Below are positions 28,493-38,416 of a stretch of DNA of 64,000 nucleotides, in pieces. A program made the translations under genes and the position numbers. Source of the DNA: Glaciecola sp. (lineage in GTDB: Bacteria > Pseudomonadota > Gammaproteobacteria > Enterobacterales > Alteromonadaceae); assembly GCA_029246415.1 (NCBI GenBank), contig JAQWNF010000039.1, positions 13,006-77,005 on the forward strand, read 5' to 3'. Position 1 is the first letter of the stretch; every line of letters begins with the position of its first letter. The notes under the pieces are model-generated. The model worked only from the letters and a program-made list of their open reading frames with translations, was not told the origin of the DNA and made no database searches.

Positions 28493-29252
28493 AAAAGAAA
28501 CTTTAGGTAAAACAGTTGGTGTTGTACTGGCTGTATGTTTAGTGTGTTCAATCATTGTATCTGGTGCTGCTGTAGGCTTACGTAGCTTACAAAACACCAA
28601 TGCTGCATTGGATAAAAAATCTAACATTCTTACTGCTGCAGGTCTTGCGGATCAAGCATCTGGCGATATTGCCGGTACTTACGCTAAATTTGTAGAAGAA
28701 AAATTTGTCGATTTAGCCACTGGTGAGTACGTAGCTAACCCTGCGGAAGGCTCTGGTAAGCCATACAACATGTACGGCAAAGTCTCTAAAGCGGCAGATA
28801 CCAGTACAAAAGTTGAAGGAAATGTTGGTTTTTCTCGTCGCGCTAACATCGCTAATATTTATCACATTAAAGATGCATCAGGTGAAGTATCCCGTGTCAT
28901 CTTACCTATCCACGGTAGTGGTTTATGGGATTTGATGTATGGATTTTTAGCTGTTGATGCAGATGGAAACACTGTCCGTGAGTTGGTTTATTATCAACAT
29001 AAAGAAACTCCTGGGCTTGGTGGCGAAATTCAAAACCCTGCGTGGCAAGCATTGTGGAATGGTAAAAAGCTATATAACAATGGCGAAGTTGCGATTGAAG
29101 TGAAGAAGCAAGCCGGTACACAAAACCCATATGCGGTAGATGCGTTATCAGGTGCAACACTTACCAGTAATGGTGTCCAAAACACCTTGTCTTATTGGGC
29201 AGGTGAAAATGGTTTTGGTCCATATTTACAACGTCAATCTTGGAAATCATAG
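28482..29252 (+). CDS. nqrC: Na+-NQR subunit C
   Basis: Likely GTG start at 28482 ([11 protein letters not shown]), preceded by ggaggg and overlapping the nqrB end. The ORF track starts at 28413. One TM helix. FMN-binding motif [12 protein letters not shown]. Confidence 0.9.
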   Translation: MSAKKETLGKTVGVVLAVCLVCSIIVSGAAVGLRSLQNTNAALDKKSNILTAAGLADQASGDIAGTYAKFVEEKFVDLATGEYVANPAEGSGKPYNMYGKVSKAADTSTKVEGNVGFSRRANIANIYHIKDASGEVSRVILPIHGSGLWDLMYGFLAVDADGNTVRELVYYQHKETPGLGGEIQNPAWQALWNGKKLYNNGEVAIEVKKQAGTQNPYAVDALSGATLTSNGVQNTLSYWAGENGFGPYLQRQSWKS

Positions 29253-29261
29253 GGAGCTATC

Positions 29262-29894
29262 ATGGCTGATATAAAAGAAATGAAAAAAGCGCTCTTTGAG
29301 CCGATTTTGGGGTCAAACCCGATTGCACTGCATGTACTTGGTATTTGTTCTGCACTAGCTATTACCACCAAATTAGAAACAGCATTAGTAATGTCGTTAG
29401 CATTAACAGCCGTTACTGCATTTTCTAATTTATTTATTTCATTAATTCGTAACCAGATTCCATCAAGTGTACGTATTATCATTCAGATGACCATTATTGC
29501 GTCATTGGTAATCGTTGTTGACCAGATCTTGAAAGCGTATTCGTATGAAATCTCTAAACAACTCTCAGTATTCGTTGGTTTGATTATCACCAACTGTATT
29601 GTAATGGGACGTGCTGAAGCCTATGCGATGAAGTCACCACCTATGATGAGCTTCTTAGATGGAATTGGTAATGGTCTAGGCTATTCATTTATCTTAATCG
29701 TTATCGCGACAATCAAAGAATTATTTGGTTTTGGTACTATTCTTGGTTTTGAAATTCTACCATTAGTAACAAATGGTGGTTGGTATCAAGGTAATGGTCT
29801 GTTGATTTTACCATTTAGTTCATTCTTCTTAATCGGCGGCATGATTTGGTTTATCCGTACCATTCGCCCAGAGCAAGTAGAGCCTAAGGATTAA
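29262..29894 (+). CDS. nqrD: Na+-NQR subunit D
   Basis: 210 aa, 6 TM segments, NqrD/RnfE-like ([26 protein letters not shown]). Confidence 0.95.
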   Translation: MADIKEMKKALFEPILGSNPIALHVLGICSALAITTKLETALVMSLALTAVTAFSNLFISLIRNQIPSSVRIIIQMTIIASLVIVVDQILKAYSYEISKQLSVFVGLIITNCIVMGRAEAYAMKSPPMMSFLDGIGNGLGYSFILIVIATIKELFGFGTILGFEILPLVTNGGWYQGNGLLILPFSSFFLIGGMIWFIRTIRPEQVEPKD

Positions 29895-29896
29895 TC

Positions 29897-30505
29897 ATGG
29901 AACATTATTTAGCATTATTAGTGCGTTCAATTTTCGTTGAAAATATGGCGCTATCATTATTCTTGGGTATGTGTACATTTTTGGCAGTATCTAAGAAAGT
30001 CTCTACAGCAATGGGCTTAGGGGTTGCAGTTATCGTGGTATTGGGTATTTCAGTACCAGTTAACCAAATCATTTTTACCAACATCCTTGCACCTGGTGCT
30101 TTGGGTTGGGCGGGTTTCCCTGATGCGGATCTAAGTTTCTTAAGCTTTTTGACGTTCATCGGTGTTATCGCTGCTTTGGTACAGATATTGGAAATGAGTT
30201 TAGATAAATTTTTCCCAGCGTTATACAACGCATTAGGGATATTTTTACCGCTTATCACCGTAAACTGTGCCATCTTTGGTGGTGTTGCATTTGCCGTTCA
30301 GCGTGAATATAACATTCCAGAGAGTATTGTTTATGGTATCGGTAGTGGAGCAGGTTGGGCACTAGCTATTATACTATTAGCAGCGGTACGTGAAAAATTA
30401 AAGTATGCAGATATGCCTGAAGGTATCCGTGGTCTAGGTTCAGTATTTATGATTGCTGGTCTAATGGCACTTGGCTTCCAGTCATTTACTGGTATTGCAA
30501 TTTAA
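29897..30505 (+). CDS. nqrE: Na+-NQR subunit E
   Basis: 202 aa, NqrE/RnfA-like ([26 protein letters not shown]). Confidence 0.95.
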   Translation: MEHYLALLVRSIFVENMALSLFLGMCTFLAVSKKVSTAMGLGVAVIVVLGISVPVNQIIFTNILAPGALGWAGFPDADLSFLSFLTFIGVIAALVQILEMSLDKFFPALYNALGIFLPLITVNCAIFGGVAFAVQREYNIPESIVYGIGSGAGWALAIILLAAVREKLKYADMPEGIRGLGSVFMIAGLMALGFQSFTGIAI

Positions 30506-30524
30506 GCCCTAAAGGAGCATTGAT

Positions 30525-31757
30525 ATGAATCAAGTTGAAATCTATTTAGGCGTGGGTATGTTCATTGCGATCGTACTAGCGCTCGTCTTCATCATCATGT
30601 TTGCCAAGTCAAAATTGGTACCTGAAGGTGATGTACAAATCTTAATTAATGGCGACCCTGAAAAAGCAATCACTACCTCTCCAGGTGGTAAATTGCTAGG
30701 TGCACTAGCTGACTCTGGGATCTTTGTATCTTCAGCGTGTGGCGGTGGTGGCTCTTGTGGTCAGTGTCATGTACACATTAAATCAGGTGGTGGTGAAATT
30801 CTACCGACTGAGTTAGATCATATTTCTAAGCGTGATGCAAAAGAAGGTCTGCGTTTGTCTTGCCAAGTAGCAATTAAACAAGACATGGACATTGAATTAC
30901 CGGAAGAAATCTTTGGTGTGAAAAAATGGGAATGTGACGTTATTTCTAACAATAACGAGGCAACGTTTATCAAGGAGCTGAAATTAGGCATCCCTGATGG
31001 CGAAAGCGTACCTTTCCGTGCGGGTGGTTATATTCAAATTGAGGCGCCACCTCACCACATTAAATACAGCGATTTTGATGTACCAGAAGAATACCGTCCA
31101 GATTGGAATCATTTTGGCTTCTTTGATGTTGAATCAAAAGTTGACGAAGAAACAATCCGTGCTTATTCAATGGCTAATTACCCTGAAGAAGAAGGTATAA
31201 TCTTACTTAACGTGCGTATTGCTACGCCGCCACCTAAGAACCTTAGTTTACCAGCCGGTAAAATGTCGTCATTTATCTGGTCTTTAAAGCCAGGTGATAA
31301 AGTGACGATTTCAGGTCCATTTGGTGAGTTCTTTGCTAAAGACACTGATGCCGAAATGGTATTTGTTGGTGGTGGTGCAGGTATGGCACCAATGCGTTCA
31401 CATATCTTCGACCAATTACGTCGTCTTAAAACAGATCGTAAAATCTCTTTCTGGTACGGTGCACGTTCAGCACGTGAAATGTTCTATGTAGAAGATTTTG
31501 ATATGTTGGCTGCAGAGAATGAAAACTTCGATTGGCATGTTGCATTGTCTGATCCACAACCTGAAGATAACTGGGAAGGGTTAACTGGCTTTATTCATTT
31601 AGTCTTGCTAGAAAACTACTTAAAAGATCACCCAGCTCCTGAAGATTGTGAGTTCTACATGTGTGGTCCACCCATGATGAATGCTGCTGTAATCAATATG
31701 CTTAAAGATTTAGGCGTAGAAGATGAAAACATTATGTTAGATGACTTTGGTGGCTAA
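30525..31757 (+). CDS. nqrF: Na+-NQR subunit F
   Basis: 410 aa. N-terminal TM helix, 2Fe-2S motif [12 protein letters not shown]...C, FAD motif RAYSMAN, NADH-binding GGGAGMAPM. Confidence 0.95.
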   Translation: MNQVEIYLGVGMFIAIVLALVFIIMFAKSKLVPEGDVQILINGDPEKAITTSPGGKLLGALADSGIFVSSACGGGGSCGQCHVHIKSGGGEILPTELDHISKRDAKEGLRLSCQVAIKQDMDIELPEEIFGVKKWECDVISNNNEATFIKELKLGIPDGESVPFRAGGYIQIEAPPHHIKYSDFDVPEEYRPDWNHFGFFDVESKVDEETIRAYSMANYPEEEGIILLNVRIATPPPKNLSLPAGKMSSFIWSLKPGDKVTISGPFGEFFAKDTDAEMVFVGGGAGMAPMRSHIFDQLRRLKTDRKISFWYGARSAREMFYVEDFDMLAAENENFDWHVALSDPQPEDNWEGLTGFIHLVLLENYLKDHPAPEDCEFYMCGPPMMNAAVINMLKDLGVEDENIMLDDFGG

Positions 31758-31795
31758 ACCCCCATTAGTTATCACGATAACATAACGTTAAGAAA

Positions 31796-31820
31796 GGGAG
31801 CCTACAGGCTCCTTTTTTTT
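31796..31820 (+). terminator. Rho-independent terminator after nqrF
   Basis: Stem gggagcc (31796-31802) / ggctcc (31807-12), followed by T8 (31813-20). Confidence 0.8.
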
Positions 31821-31974
31821 AGTGGCTTACAAACCTATAGTAATAATAATGCATATCATAAATATTATTCTTATGAATGTTATGCAAGGATTGTCAAAAT
31901 GTCAGGTATAATGTTACTTATTTGGTTTTGACATTTAATTTAAAAGTTTTCTGTGTTTTTTGTAAGGGGGAGTT

Positions 31975-32997
31975 GTGGTTTCATTACGTTTAGTTAGTTT
32001 GGTTTTAATTAGTGCAGTCTGGTTATCAGCATGCTCTGGTCAGCCGCAGCAAAAAGAGCATTATTTTACAGGTCAAACGATGGGGACTACATATAATGTT
32101 AAATTTGTTAGTTCACAAGATATCGATGCGCTTGCCTTACAACAAAAGATCGACCAACGGTTAATCGACATTAATCAAATGATGTCCACTTATATTGCTG
32201 ATTCCGAATTATCAATGTTTAATCAAGCACCGAGTTTAACACCATTTACTTTATCTCCTGATACTGCATTTGTGGTTGCTGAAGCATTACGCCTAGGCAA
32301 AATGAGTGGCAATGCTCTTGATGTTACTGTTGGGCCGTTAGTCAATCTATGGGGCTTTGGGCCAACCAAACGTCCAGAAACGATTCCTAGTGATACACAA
32401 ATTGCTACTGCTAAGGCACTTTCAGGCTTAGACAAACTAGTGCTTGATGGTGTGGTGTTAACTAAAAGCACAGATGGTCTTTATTTGGATCTATCAACTA
32501 TCGCAAAAGGTTATGGGGTAGATGCGATCGCTGAATTACTTATCGACCGTAAACTCAATAATTTCTTAGTAGAGATCGGTGGGGAAATGCGTGTTGCCGG
32601 AACCAAACTAAACGGTGAAACTTGGCGCATAGCGATAGAGAAACCTGTTACTGAATCGCGGGCTGTACAGAAGATTATTAGTGTTGGAGATAACGCAGTT
32701 GCTACATCTGGTGACTATCGTAATTATTATGAGGATGACGGGATACGATACTCGCACTTGATTGATCCAAATACCGGTTATCCAATCCAACATAATACTG
32801 TTTCAGCAACAGTGGTTCATTCATCGTCTATGACTGCTGATGGTTTGGCTACAGCAATGATGGTATTATCTGCAAAAGACGCACAGGCGCTTGCTGAGAT
32901 TCACGACATTGCGTTGTTGTTAATAGTCAAAGACGACGATAAGTTTGTAGAGTATCAATCACCTGCGTTTACCCAGATGGTTACCATAATTAATTAA
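31975..32997 (+). CDS. apbE: FAD:protein FMN transferase (flavin transferase ApbE), lipoprotein
   Basis: 340 aa. GTG start after a gggga SD. Lipobox VWLSAC. ApbE motifs (MGTTY, DVTVGPLVNLWGFGP, ATSGDYRNY). Confidence 0.9.
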   Translation: MVSLRLVSLVLISAVWLSACSGQPQQKEHYFTGQTMGTTYNVKFVSSQDIDALALQQKIDQRLIDINQMMSTYIADSELSMFNQAPSLTPFTLSPDTAFVVAEALRLGKMSGNALDVTVGPLVNLWGFGPTKRPETIPSDTQIATAKALSGLDKLVLDGVVLTKSTDGLYLDLSTIAKGYGVDAIAELLIDRKLNNFLVEIGGEMRVAGTKLNGETWRIAIEKPVTESRAVQKIISVGDNAVATSGDYRNYYEDDGIRYSHLIDPNTGYPIQHNTVSATVVHSSSMTADGLATAMMVLSAKDAQALAEIHDIALLLIVKDDDKFVEYQSPAFTQMVTIIN

Positions 32998-33011
32998 TAC
33001 AGTAGGTCAAT

Positions 33012-33245
33012 ATGAGCACGTTTATTTTAGCATTTGTGTTTTTCGTTATCACGGTGGTTGCAATGGCCATTGGTTATATTTTACAACGTAAAACTATTGC
33101 TGGTAGTTGTGGTGGTTTGGGTGCTTTAGGTATAGCTAAAGCTTGCGATTGTCCCGAACCTTGTGATCGCAAAAAAGCTCGCATGGAAAAAGAAGCTATC
33201 CGCGCAGAAAAAATCAAAGAATGGGAAAAAGACAAAATTATTTAA
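33012..33245 (+). CDS. nqrM: (Na+)-NQR maturation factor NqrM (DUF539)
   Basis: 77 aa. One TM helix, then the Cys cluster GSCGGLG...ACDCPEPCDRKK. Immediately downstream of apbE. Confidence 0.85.
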   Translation: MSTFILAFVFFVITVVAMAIGYILQRKTIAGSCGGLGALGIAKACDCPEPCDRKKARMEKEAIRAEKIKEWEKDKII

Positions 33246-33338
33246 TGATTTTGTCACCCCTCTGTTCATTTATCATTTTGTAATATTTCACAATCTAGCG
33301 TCACAAATGTGACATATAAATGTCATATTTATTAGCCT

Positions 33339-33356
33339 TTGTCATATTCCTGTAAT
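33339..33356 (+). promoter_or_regulatory. Candidate Pho box upstream of the porin gene
   Basis: TTGTCAT-ATTC-CTGTAAT (7+4+7 architecture), 8 nt upstream of a -10-like tataaa (33365-70). Additional TGTCA-type half-sites lie at 33251-57 and 33321-26. Confidence 0.5.
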
Positions 33357-33439
33357 AAAGGCGCTATAAAGTAGCGCATATTCTGTAAAGAAGTTATTGC
33401 AAGTCACAAAACTGTTAATTTTAATCAAAGGTCTAATGT

Positions 33440-34339
33440 ATGAAATTTATTCAATCAATCGCTGCTACTACACTAGTAATGGCATCATCTGCTCCAGTTC
33501 TTGCTGCTTCAGTATCGGCAGATCTTTACGGTAAAGTTAACATCAGTTTACAAGATTCAGATGGTCAAACCGAACTAAAAAGTAATGCTTCTCGCATCGG
33601 TATCAAAGGTTCAACAAGTTTAAATGACAACTTAGAAGTATTTTATACGTATGAGTTTCAAGTCGACCCTTCTGATGAGTCAGGTTCATCTAACCTAAAG
33701 TCGCGTAACCAATTTGTTGGTTTACGTGGTGCTTTTGGTGAAGTCGTAGTGGGTCGTAATGATTCAATCTTAAAACAGTCTCAAGGTAAATTTGATTTAT
33801 ATTCAGACCAAGAAGCAGACATCAAAGTGTTGTGGAAAGGCGAGAATCGCATGAGCGATTCATTGACATATAAATCACCTAAGTTTAACGGTTTTCAATT
33901 AGGCTTAGGCTATTATCTTGATGAAGAAAATGACGATGCAGGAACTTCTGTGTCAGTTTCATACGGTGACAGTGCTTTAAAGAAAGGTAAATATTACGCA
34001 GCTATTGCTCTAGACAATGAACTTAAAGGTTACAATGTTACCCGTTTAACAGTAGGTACAAAAGTTGCCGACGTTAAGTTAGGCGTCATGTTGCAAACTC
34101 AAGAAAATATCGTTGATGGTTCTGAAAAGGATGGTTTCTTAGTTAGCGCTCAATACAAGCTAGGTAACTATAATTTAAAAGGTCAATTTCAGACTGCCGA
34201 AGATGATAATGGCTTTACGTTTGGTGCGGAACGTAAATTAGGAAAGAATACGAAGCTATATGCATTTTACACCTCATTTAATTTTGACTCTGCCGAAGAT
34301 GAGAGTTATCTTGCTTTAGGTCTTGAGCACAAATTTTAA
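33440..34339 (+). CDS. Outer-membrane general porin (OmpC/PhoE superfamily), small form
   Basis: 299 aa. Signal peptide ending VLAAS, N-terminal DLYGKVN, alternating beta-strand pattern, C-terminal LGLEHKF. Confidence 0.8.
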   Translation: MKFIQSIAATTLVMASSAPVLAASVSADLYGKVNISLQDSDGQTELKSNASRIGIKGSTSLNDNLEVFYTYEFQVDPSDESGSSNLKSRNQFVGLRGAFGEVVVGRNDSILKQSQGKFDLYSDQEADIKVLWKGENRMSDSLTYKSPKFNGFQLGLGYYLDEENDDAGTSVSVSYGDSALKKGKYYAAIALDNELKGYNVTRLTVGTKVADVKLGVMLQTQENIVDGSEKDGFLVSAQYKLGNYNLKGQFQTAEDDNGFTFGAERKLGKNTKLYAFYTSFNFDSAEDESYLALGLEHKF

Positions 34340-34402
34340 ACTATCATTTCCCTTTTATCTTATGCACTCTTTTGTGGATAAGCTCTTATGAGTTATTAAT
34401 AT

Positions 34403-34431
34403 AAAGGGTTTGGATAGCCTTCAAACCCTTT
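34403..34431 (+). terminator. Hairpin / probable terminator after the porin gene
   Basis: 10-bp stem aaagggtttg (34403-12) / caaacccttt (34422-31). The outer arms ctcttat/ataagag extend it. There is no long T-run. Confidence 0.5.
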
Positions 34432-34452
34432 ATAAGAGATAACCAATAACGC

Positions 34453-35538
34453 ATGACTGAACGCGGACAACGTAAAATTATCCATGTCGATATGGACTGT
34501 TTTTATGCTGCCGTTGAAATGCGAGATAACCCTGCATTACGCAATGTACCGATTGCAATAGGTGGTAGCTCAGACCGCCGTGGTGTGATTTCTACTTGTA
34601 ACTATCCTGCTCGACGATTTGGTGTGCGCTCAGCCATGTCTACCGCACATGCCTTACGCTTATGTCCTGAGTTAGTACTCGTTCCTGGACGAATGGCAGA
34701 ATACAAAGCCGTATCTGACCATATTCGTGAAATATTTAGCCGATACACTTCATTAATTGAACCCCTGTCTTGGGATGAGGCATATTTGGATGTAACCGAT
34801 TCGTCCTATTTTGGTGGTTCGGCCACTCGTATAGCTGAGGATATTAGGCGTGTCATTGAAGCTGAAACAGGTTTGACTGCCTCAGCTGGTGTTGCCCCAA
34901 TTAAGTTTGTCGCTAAAGTTGCATCAGATGAAAATAAGCCAAACGGGTTGTGTGTTATCACACCGGCTAAACTTGATGAATTTGTCTTGCAGCTTCCTCT
35001 CAATAAAATCCCAGGAGTAGGTAAAGTCACTATTGAAAAGCTTAACCACTTAGGGCTGTTTACCTGCAAAGATGTGCGGGCGTTTCCTTTTGCACGATTA
35101 AATAAACAGTTTGGTAAGTTTGGTGCATTATTGTGGCATCGCTGTCATGCTATTGATGAACGCGAGGTACAAGTGCATCGTGTGCGTAAATCAGTTGGCG
35201 TAGAACGCACTTTATCCGAAGATATTTTTGCGCGCAGTGATGTAGAAGAAGTGATTGAATACTTATTGCCTAAGTTACAATCTAGGATCACGTCTGCTAA
35301 TGTTGGTAGTCGAATCAAAAGCCAAGGTATAAAACTAAAATTTAATGATTTTCAGCAAACCACGATCTCTCATACGCGACAAATATACACAGAAGCGTAT
35401 TTTGCTGAGTTGCTGACGGAAGTACTGGAGCGTCGCAAAGAGCGTGGTATCCGCTTGGTGGGTTTACATATAGGTTTGTATGATCCTGAAGATATCGAAC
35501 AATTAAATTTACCCTTACCAGAACCCGGTGTATCCTAA
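34453..35538 (+). CDS. dinB: DNA polymerase IV (Y-family)
   Basis: 361 aa. IIHVDMDCFYAAVE, SxDEAYLDVT, ASAGVAPIKFVAKVASD, IPGVG. Confidence 0.92.
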   Translation: MTERGQRKIIHVDMDCFYAAVEMRDNPALRNVPIAIGGSSDRRGVISTCNYPARRFGVRSAMSTAHALRLCPELVLVPGRMAEYKAVSDHIREIFSRYTSLIEPLSWDEAYLDVTDSSYFGGSATRIAEDIRRVIEAETGLTASAGVAPIKFVAKVASDENKPNGLCVITPAKLDEFVLQLPLNKIPGVGKVTIEKLNHLGLFTCKDVRAFPFARLNKQFGKFGALLWHRCHAIDEREVQVHRVRKSVGVERTLSEDIFARSDVEEVIEYLLPKLQSRITSANVGSRIKSQGIKLKFNDFQQTTISHTRQIYTEAYFAELLTEVLERRKERGIRLVGLHIGLYDPEDIEQLNLPLPEPGVS

Positions 35539-35563
35539 TTGCATTGTTTATCCGGAGTAGCTA

Positions 35564-36538
35564 ATGTCAACATCAACACTATCCACTATATCAGCATATC
35601 CTCTTGCGCAACATCTCAGGCAGCACTCGACCCTTATTTATGGCTGTATGGGGCTCGGTGGTGGCTGGAATAGTAATCCGATAACTTCGTCAGACATCAG
35701 ACAAACGCAAGCCATTATCGAGTTTTGTCTTGAGCAAGGGATCAAGATTTTTGATCATGCAGATATTTATACGTTTGGTAAAGCTGAAACCGCTTTTGGA
35801 CAAGTACTACAACAAGCCCCGCATTTACGGGAGCAATTGAGTATTCAAAGTAAATGTGGAATACGTTTTGCGGATGAAAAGGGAGCGAAACGTTATGATT
35901 TTTCAGCGCAGTGGATCACCCAATCCGTCGAGCAGATATTACAACGTTTACACATCGAGCAGTTAGATGTGCTGTTACTACATCGTCCAGATCCATTAAT
36001 GCAGCTTGATGAGTTAGCACAAACCCTTATTGCATTGCACACTGAGGGTAAAATTGCACATATCGGTGTATCAAATATGCACACCGCGCAATTGGCATTT
36101 TTACAATCAGCCTTACCTATGCCGATTGTTGCGAATCAGATTGAGCTAAGTTTAGCTAAACCTGGTTTTATTAACTCAAGCATTGAGCCTACACACAATT
36201 ATGATGGCGTTGCTGAATATGCCCAACAGCATAATATACAAATACAAGCGTGGGGTGCATTAGCCCAAGGACAATTCACAAAAGAAATGAATCACGATGT
36301 TTCTATGAATGTTCAACATACAACAAACATGATAATGCAATTGGCAGAGCAATATGATGTTAGTCGTGAGGCGATTGTGTTGGCATTTTTAACACGACAT
36401 CCTGTCGCCATTCAACCTATCATTGGCACAACGAACTTAGCGCGAATTGAAGCATGTGCCCAAGTGACGGATTGCGAATTAAGCGCCGTTGACTGGTATG
36501 GGTTACTGGAGTCTACACGTGGAGTTGAGGTGCCATAG
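35564..36538 (+). CDS. Aldo/keto reductase family oxidoreductase
   Basis: 324 aa. AKR-type motifs (FDHADIYTFGKAE, LDVLLLHRPD, IGVSN, IIGTTN). Confidence 0.8.
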   Translation: MSTSTLSTISAYPLAQHLRQHSTLIYGCMGLGGGWNSNPITSSDIRQTQAIIEFCLEQGIKIFDHADIYTFGKAETAFGQVLQQAPHLREQLSIQSKCGIRFADEKGAKRYDFSAQWITQSVEQILQRLHIEQLDVLLLHRPDPLMQLDELAQTLIALHTEGKIAHIGVSNMHTAQLAFLQSALPMPIVANQIELSLAKPGFINSSIEPTHNYDGVAEYAQQHNIQIQAWGALAQGQFTKEMNHDVSMNVQHTTNMIMQLAEQYDVSREAIVLAFLTRHPVAIQPIIGTTNLARIEACAQVTDCELSAVDWYGLLESTRGVEVP

Positions 36539-36564
36539 CACTTAAAGCATTAATGACCTTGCTC

Positions 36565-36602
36565 CTTATCATTCACCAGCTGAATGGTAAGTGTGTTTTT
36601 TG
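36565..36602 (+). terminator. Rho-independent terminator after the AKR gene
   Basis: 11-bp stem cttatcattca / tgaatggtaag with one mismatch, followed by tgtgttttttg. Confidence 0.7.
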
Positions 36603-36777
36603 TACGATTTTCGTATTAACCCTTTGTTTGTCCATTGTTCTTGGCGATTAAAACTACTACTATTGAATTGTGACATACCGATAAAAATAAAAAGTCACAC
36701 TTTCATACACTAGTTTAAAACAATCGAGAAGTCACAAGCTGCTAGGTTTGTGGTGGACAAATCGAGGAGTACCCTAC

Positions 36778-38379
36778 ATGACCATCTCCCAAGATTTGCA
36801 TGCTTATGGCATAACAAATGCGACGGAAATACTTCATAACCCAAGTTATGATGTACTGTTCAACGAAACGACCTTAGATAGCCTCACGGGTTATGAAAAA
36901 GGGGTCGTAACCGAATGTGGTGCAGTCGCTGTTAATACTGGCGAATTCACTGGCCGCTCACCTAAAGACAAATATATAGTCAAAGATGCTGTGACAGAAA
37001 ATACCGTATGGTGGTCTGATCAAGGCAAAAATGACAACAAACCGATTACTCAAGATATCTGGAATGATCTCAAAAGCCTAGTCACCACCCAATTGTCTGA
37101 CAAGCGCTTGTTTGTGGTAGATACCTTTTGTGGTGCGAACGAAGATACGCGTTTAAAAGTCCGCTTTGTGACGGAAGTCGCTTGGCAGGCTCACTTTGTG
37201 ACTAATATGTTCATTCGTCCTACGGCTCAAGAGTTAGCAGATTATGAACCTGATTTTATCGTGATGAATGGTGCCAAAACTACAAATCCGAATTGGCAAG
37301 CTCAAGGCTTGAACTCTGAAAATTTTGTTGCGTTTAATCTCACTGAAAAAATTCAACTGATTGGCGGCACTTGGTATGGCGGTGAAATGAAAAAAGGGAT
37401 GTTCTCAATGATGAACTACCTGCTACCGCTTAAAGATATTGCATCTATGCACTGTAGTGCTAATGTCGGTGAAAAAGGTGATGTAGCGATATTCTTTGGT
37501 CTTTCCGGAACCGGTAAGACGACCTTGTCAACTGATCCAAAGCGCGAACTAATAGGTGATGATGAACACGGTTGGGATGATAATGGTGTGTTTAACTTCG
37601 AAGGTGGTTGTTATGCTAAAACCATCAAGCTTAGTAAGGAAAATGAACCAGATATTTACAACGCAATCCGCCGTGATGCTCTTCTAGAAAATGTAACCGT
37701 TTTAGCGGGTGGTGAAATTGATTATGATGATGGCTCAGTGACCGAGAACACTCGTGTTTCTTATCCAATTCAGCATATTGATAATATCGTTAAACCCATT
37801 TCGCGAGCTGGGCACGCTAATAAAGTGATTTTTTTAACCGCTGATGCTTTTGGCGTGTTACCCGCGGTATCTAAGCTTACACCTGCCCAAGCACAGTATT
37901 ACTTTTTATCTGGTTTTACCGCTAAATTAGCGGGGACTGAGCGCGGTATTACTGAGCCTACTCCGACATTTTCAAGTTGTTTTGGTGCTGCATTTTTGAG
38001 CCTACACCCTACTAAATACGCCCAAGTGCTAGAAAAGCGTATGCAAGCGTCTGGTGCTCAGGCATATCTAGTGAATACTGGCTGGAATGGCACGGGTGAG
38101 CGTATTTCAATTAAAGCAACACGAGCAATTATTGATGCTATTTTAGATGGTTCGATTGACGATGCGCCGACGCAAGTTGTGCCGGTGTTCAACCTCACTG
38201 TACCAACTCAATTGCATGATGTTGACTCGAATGTCCTTGATCCTCGCGGAACTTACACCGATGCACAGGAATGGCAAAACAAAGCACGTGATTTGGCAAC
38301 GTTATTTGTTGATAACTTTACTAAGTTTACTGATACGGATAATGGTGCAGCATTAGTTGCAGCAGGGCCCAAGTTATAG
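36778..38379 (+). CDS. pckA: Phosphoenolpyruvate carboxykinase (ATP)
   Basis: Start taken at ATG 36778 ([12 protein letters not shown]), preceded by gaggag. The ORF track starts at 36748. Kinase-1a motif [11 protein letters not shown], plus IGDDEHGW. Confidence 0.93.
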   Translation: MTISQDLHAYGITNATEILHNPSYDVLFNETTLDSLTGYEKGVVTECGAVAVNTGEFTGRSPKDKYIVKDAVTENTVWWSDQGKNDNKPITQDIWNDLKSLVTTQLSDKRLFVVDTFCGANEDTRLKVRFVTEVAWQAHFVTNMFIRPTAQELADYEPDFIVMNGAKTTNPNWQAQGLNSENFVAFNLTEKIQLIGGTWYGGEMKKGMFSMMNYLLPLKDIASMHCSANVGEKGDVAIFFGLSGTGKTTLSTDPKRELIGDDEHGWDDNGVFNFEGGCYAKTIKLSKENEPDIYNAIRRDALLENVTVLAGGEIDYDDGSVTENTRVSYPIQHIDNIVKPISRAGHANKVIFLTADAFGVLPAVSKLTPAQAQYYFLSGFTAKLAGTERGITEPTPTFSSCFGAAFLSLHPTKYAQVLEKRMQASGAQAYLVNTGWNGTGERISIKATRAIIDAILDGSIDDAPTQVVPVFNLTVPTQLHDVDSNVLDPRGTYTDAQEWQNKARDLATLFVDNFTKFTDTDNGAALVAAGPKL

Positions 38380-38416
38380 TGCTTGATGTGCGTTGACGAA
38401 TTGAATTAACGAGCAG

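Noticed and set aside
36669-36699. TGTGA ... TCACA pair upstream of pckA as a possible CRP site.
   Set aside because: The two pentamers are separated by 21 nt instead of the 6 nt required for a CRP dimer site (TGTGA-N6-TCACA).
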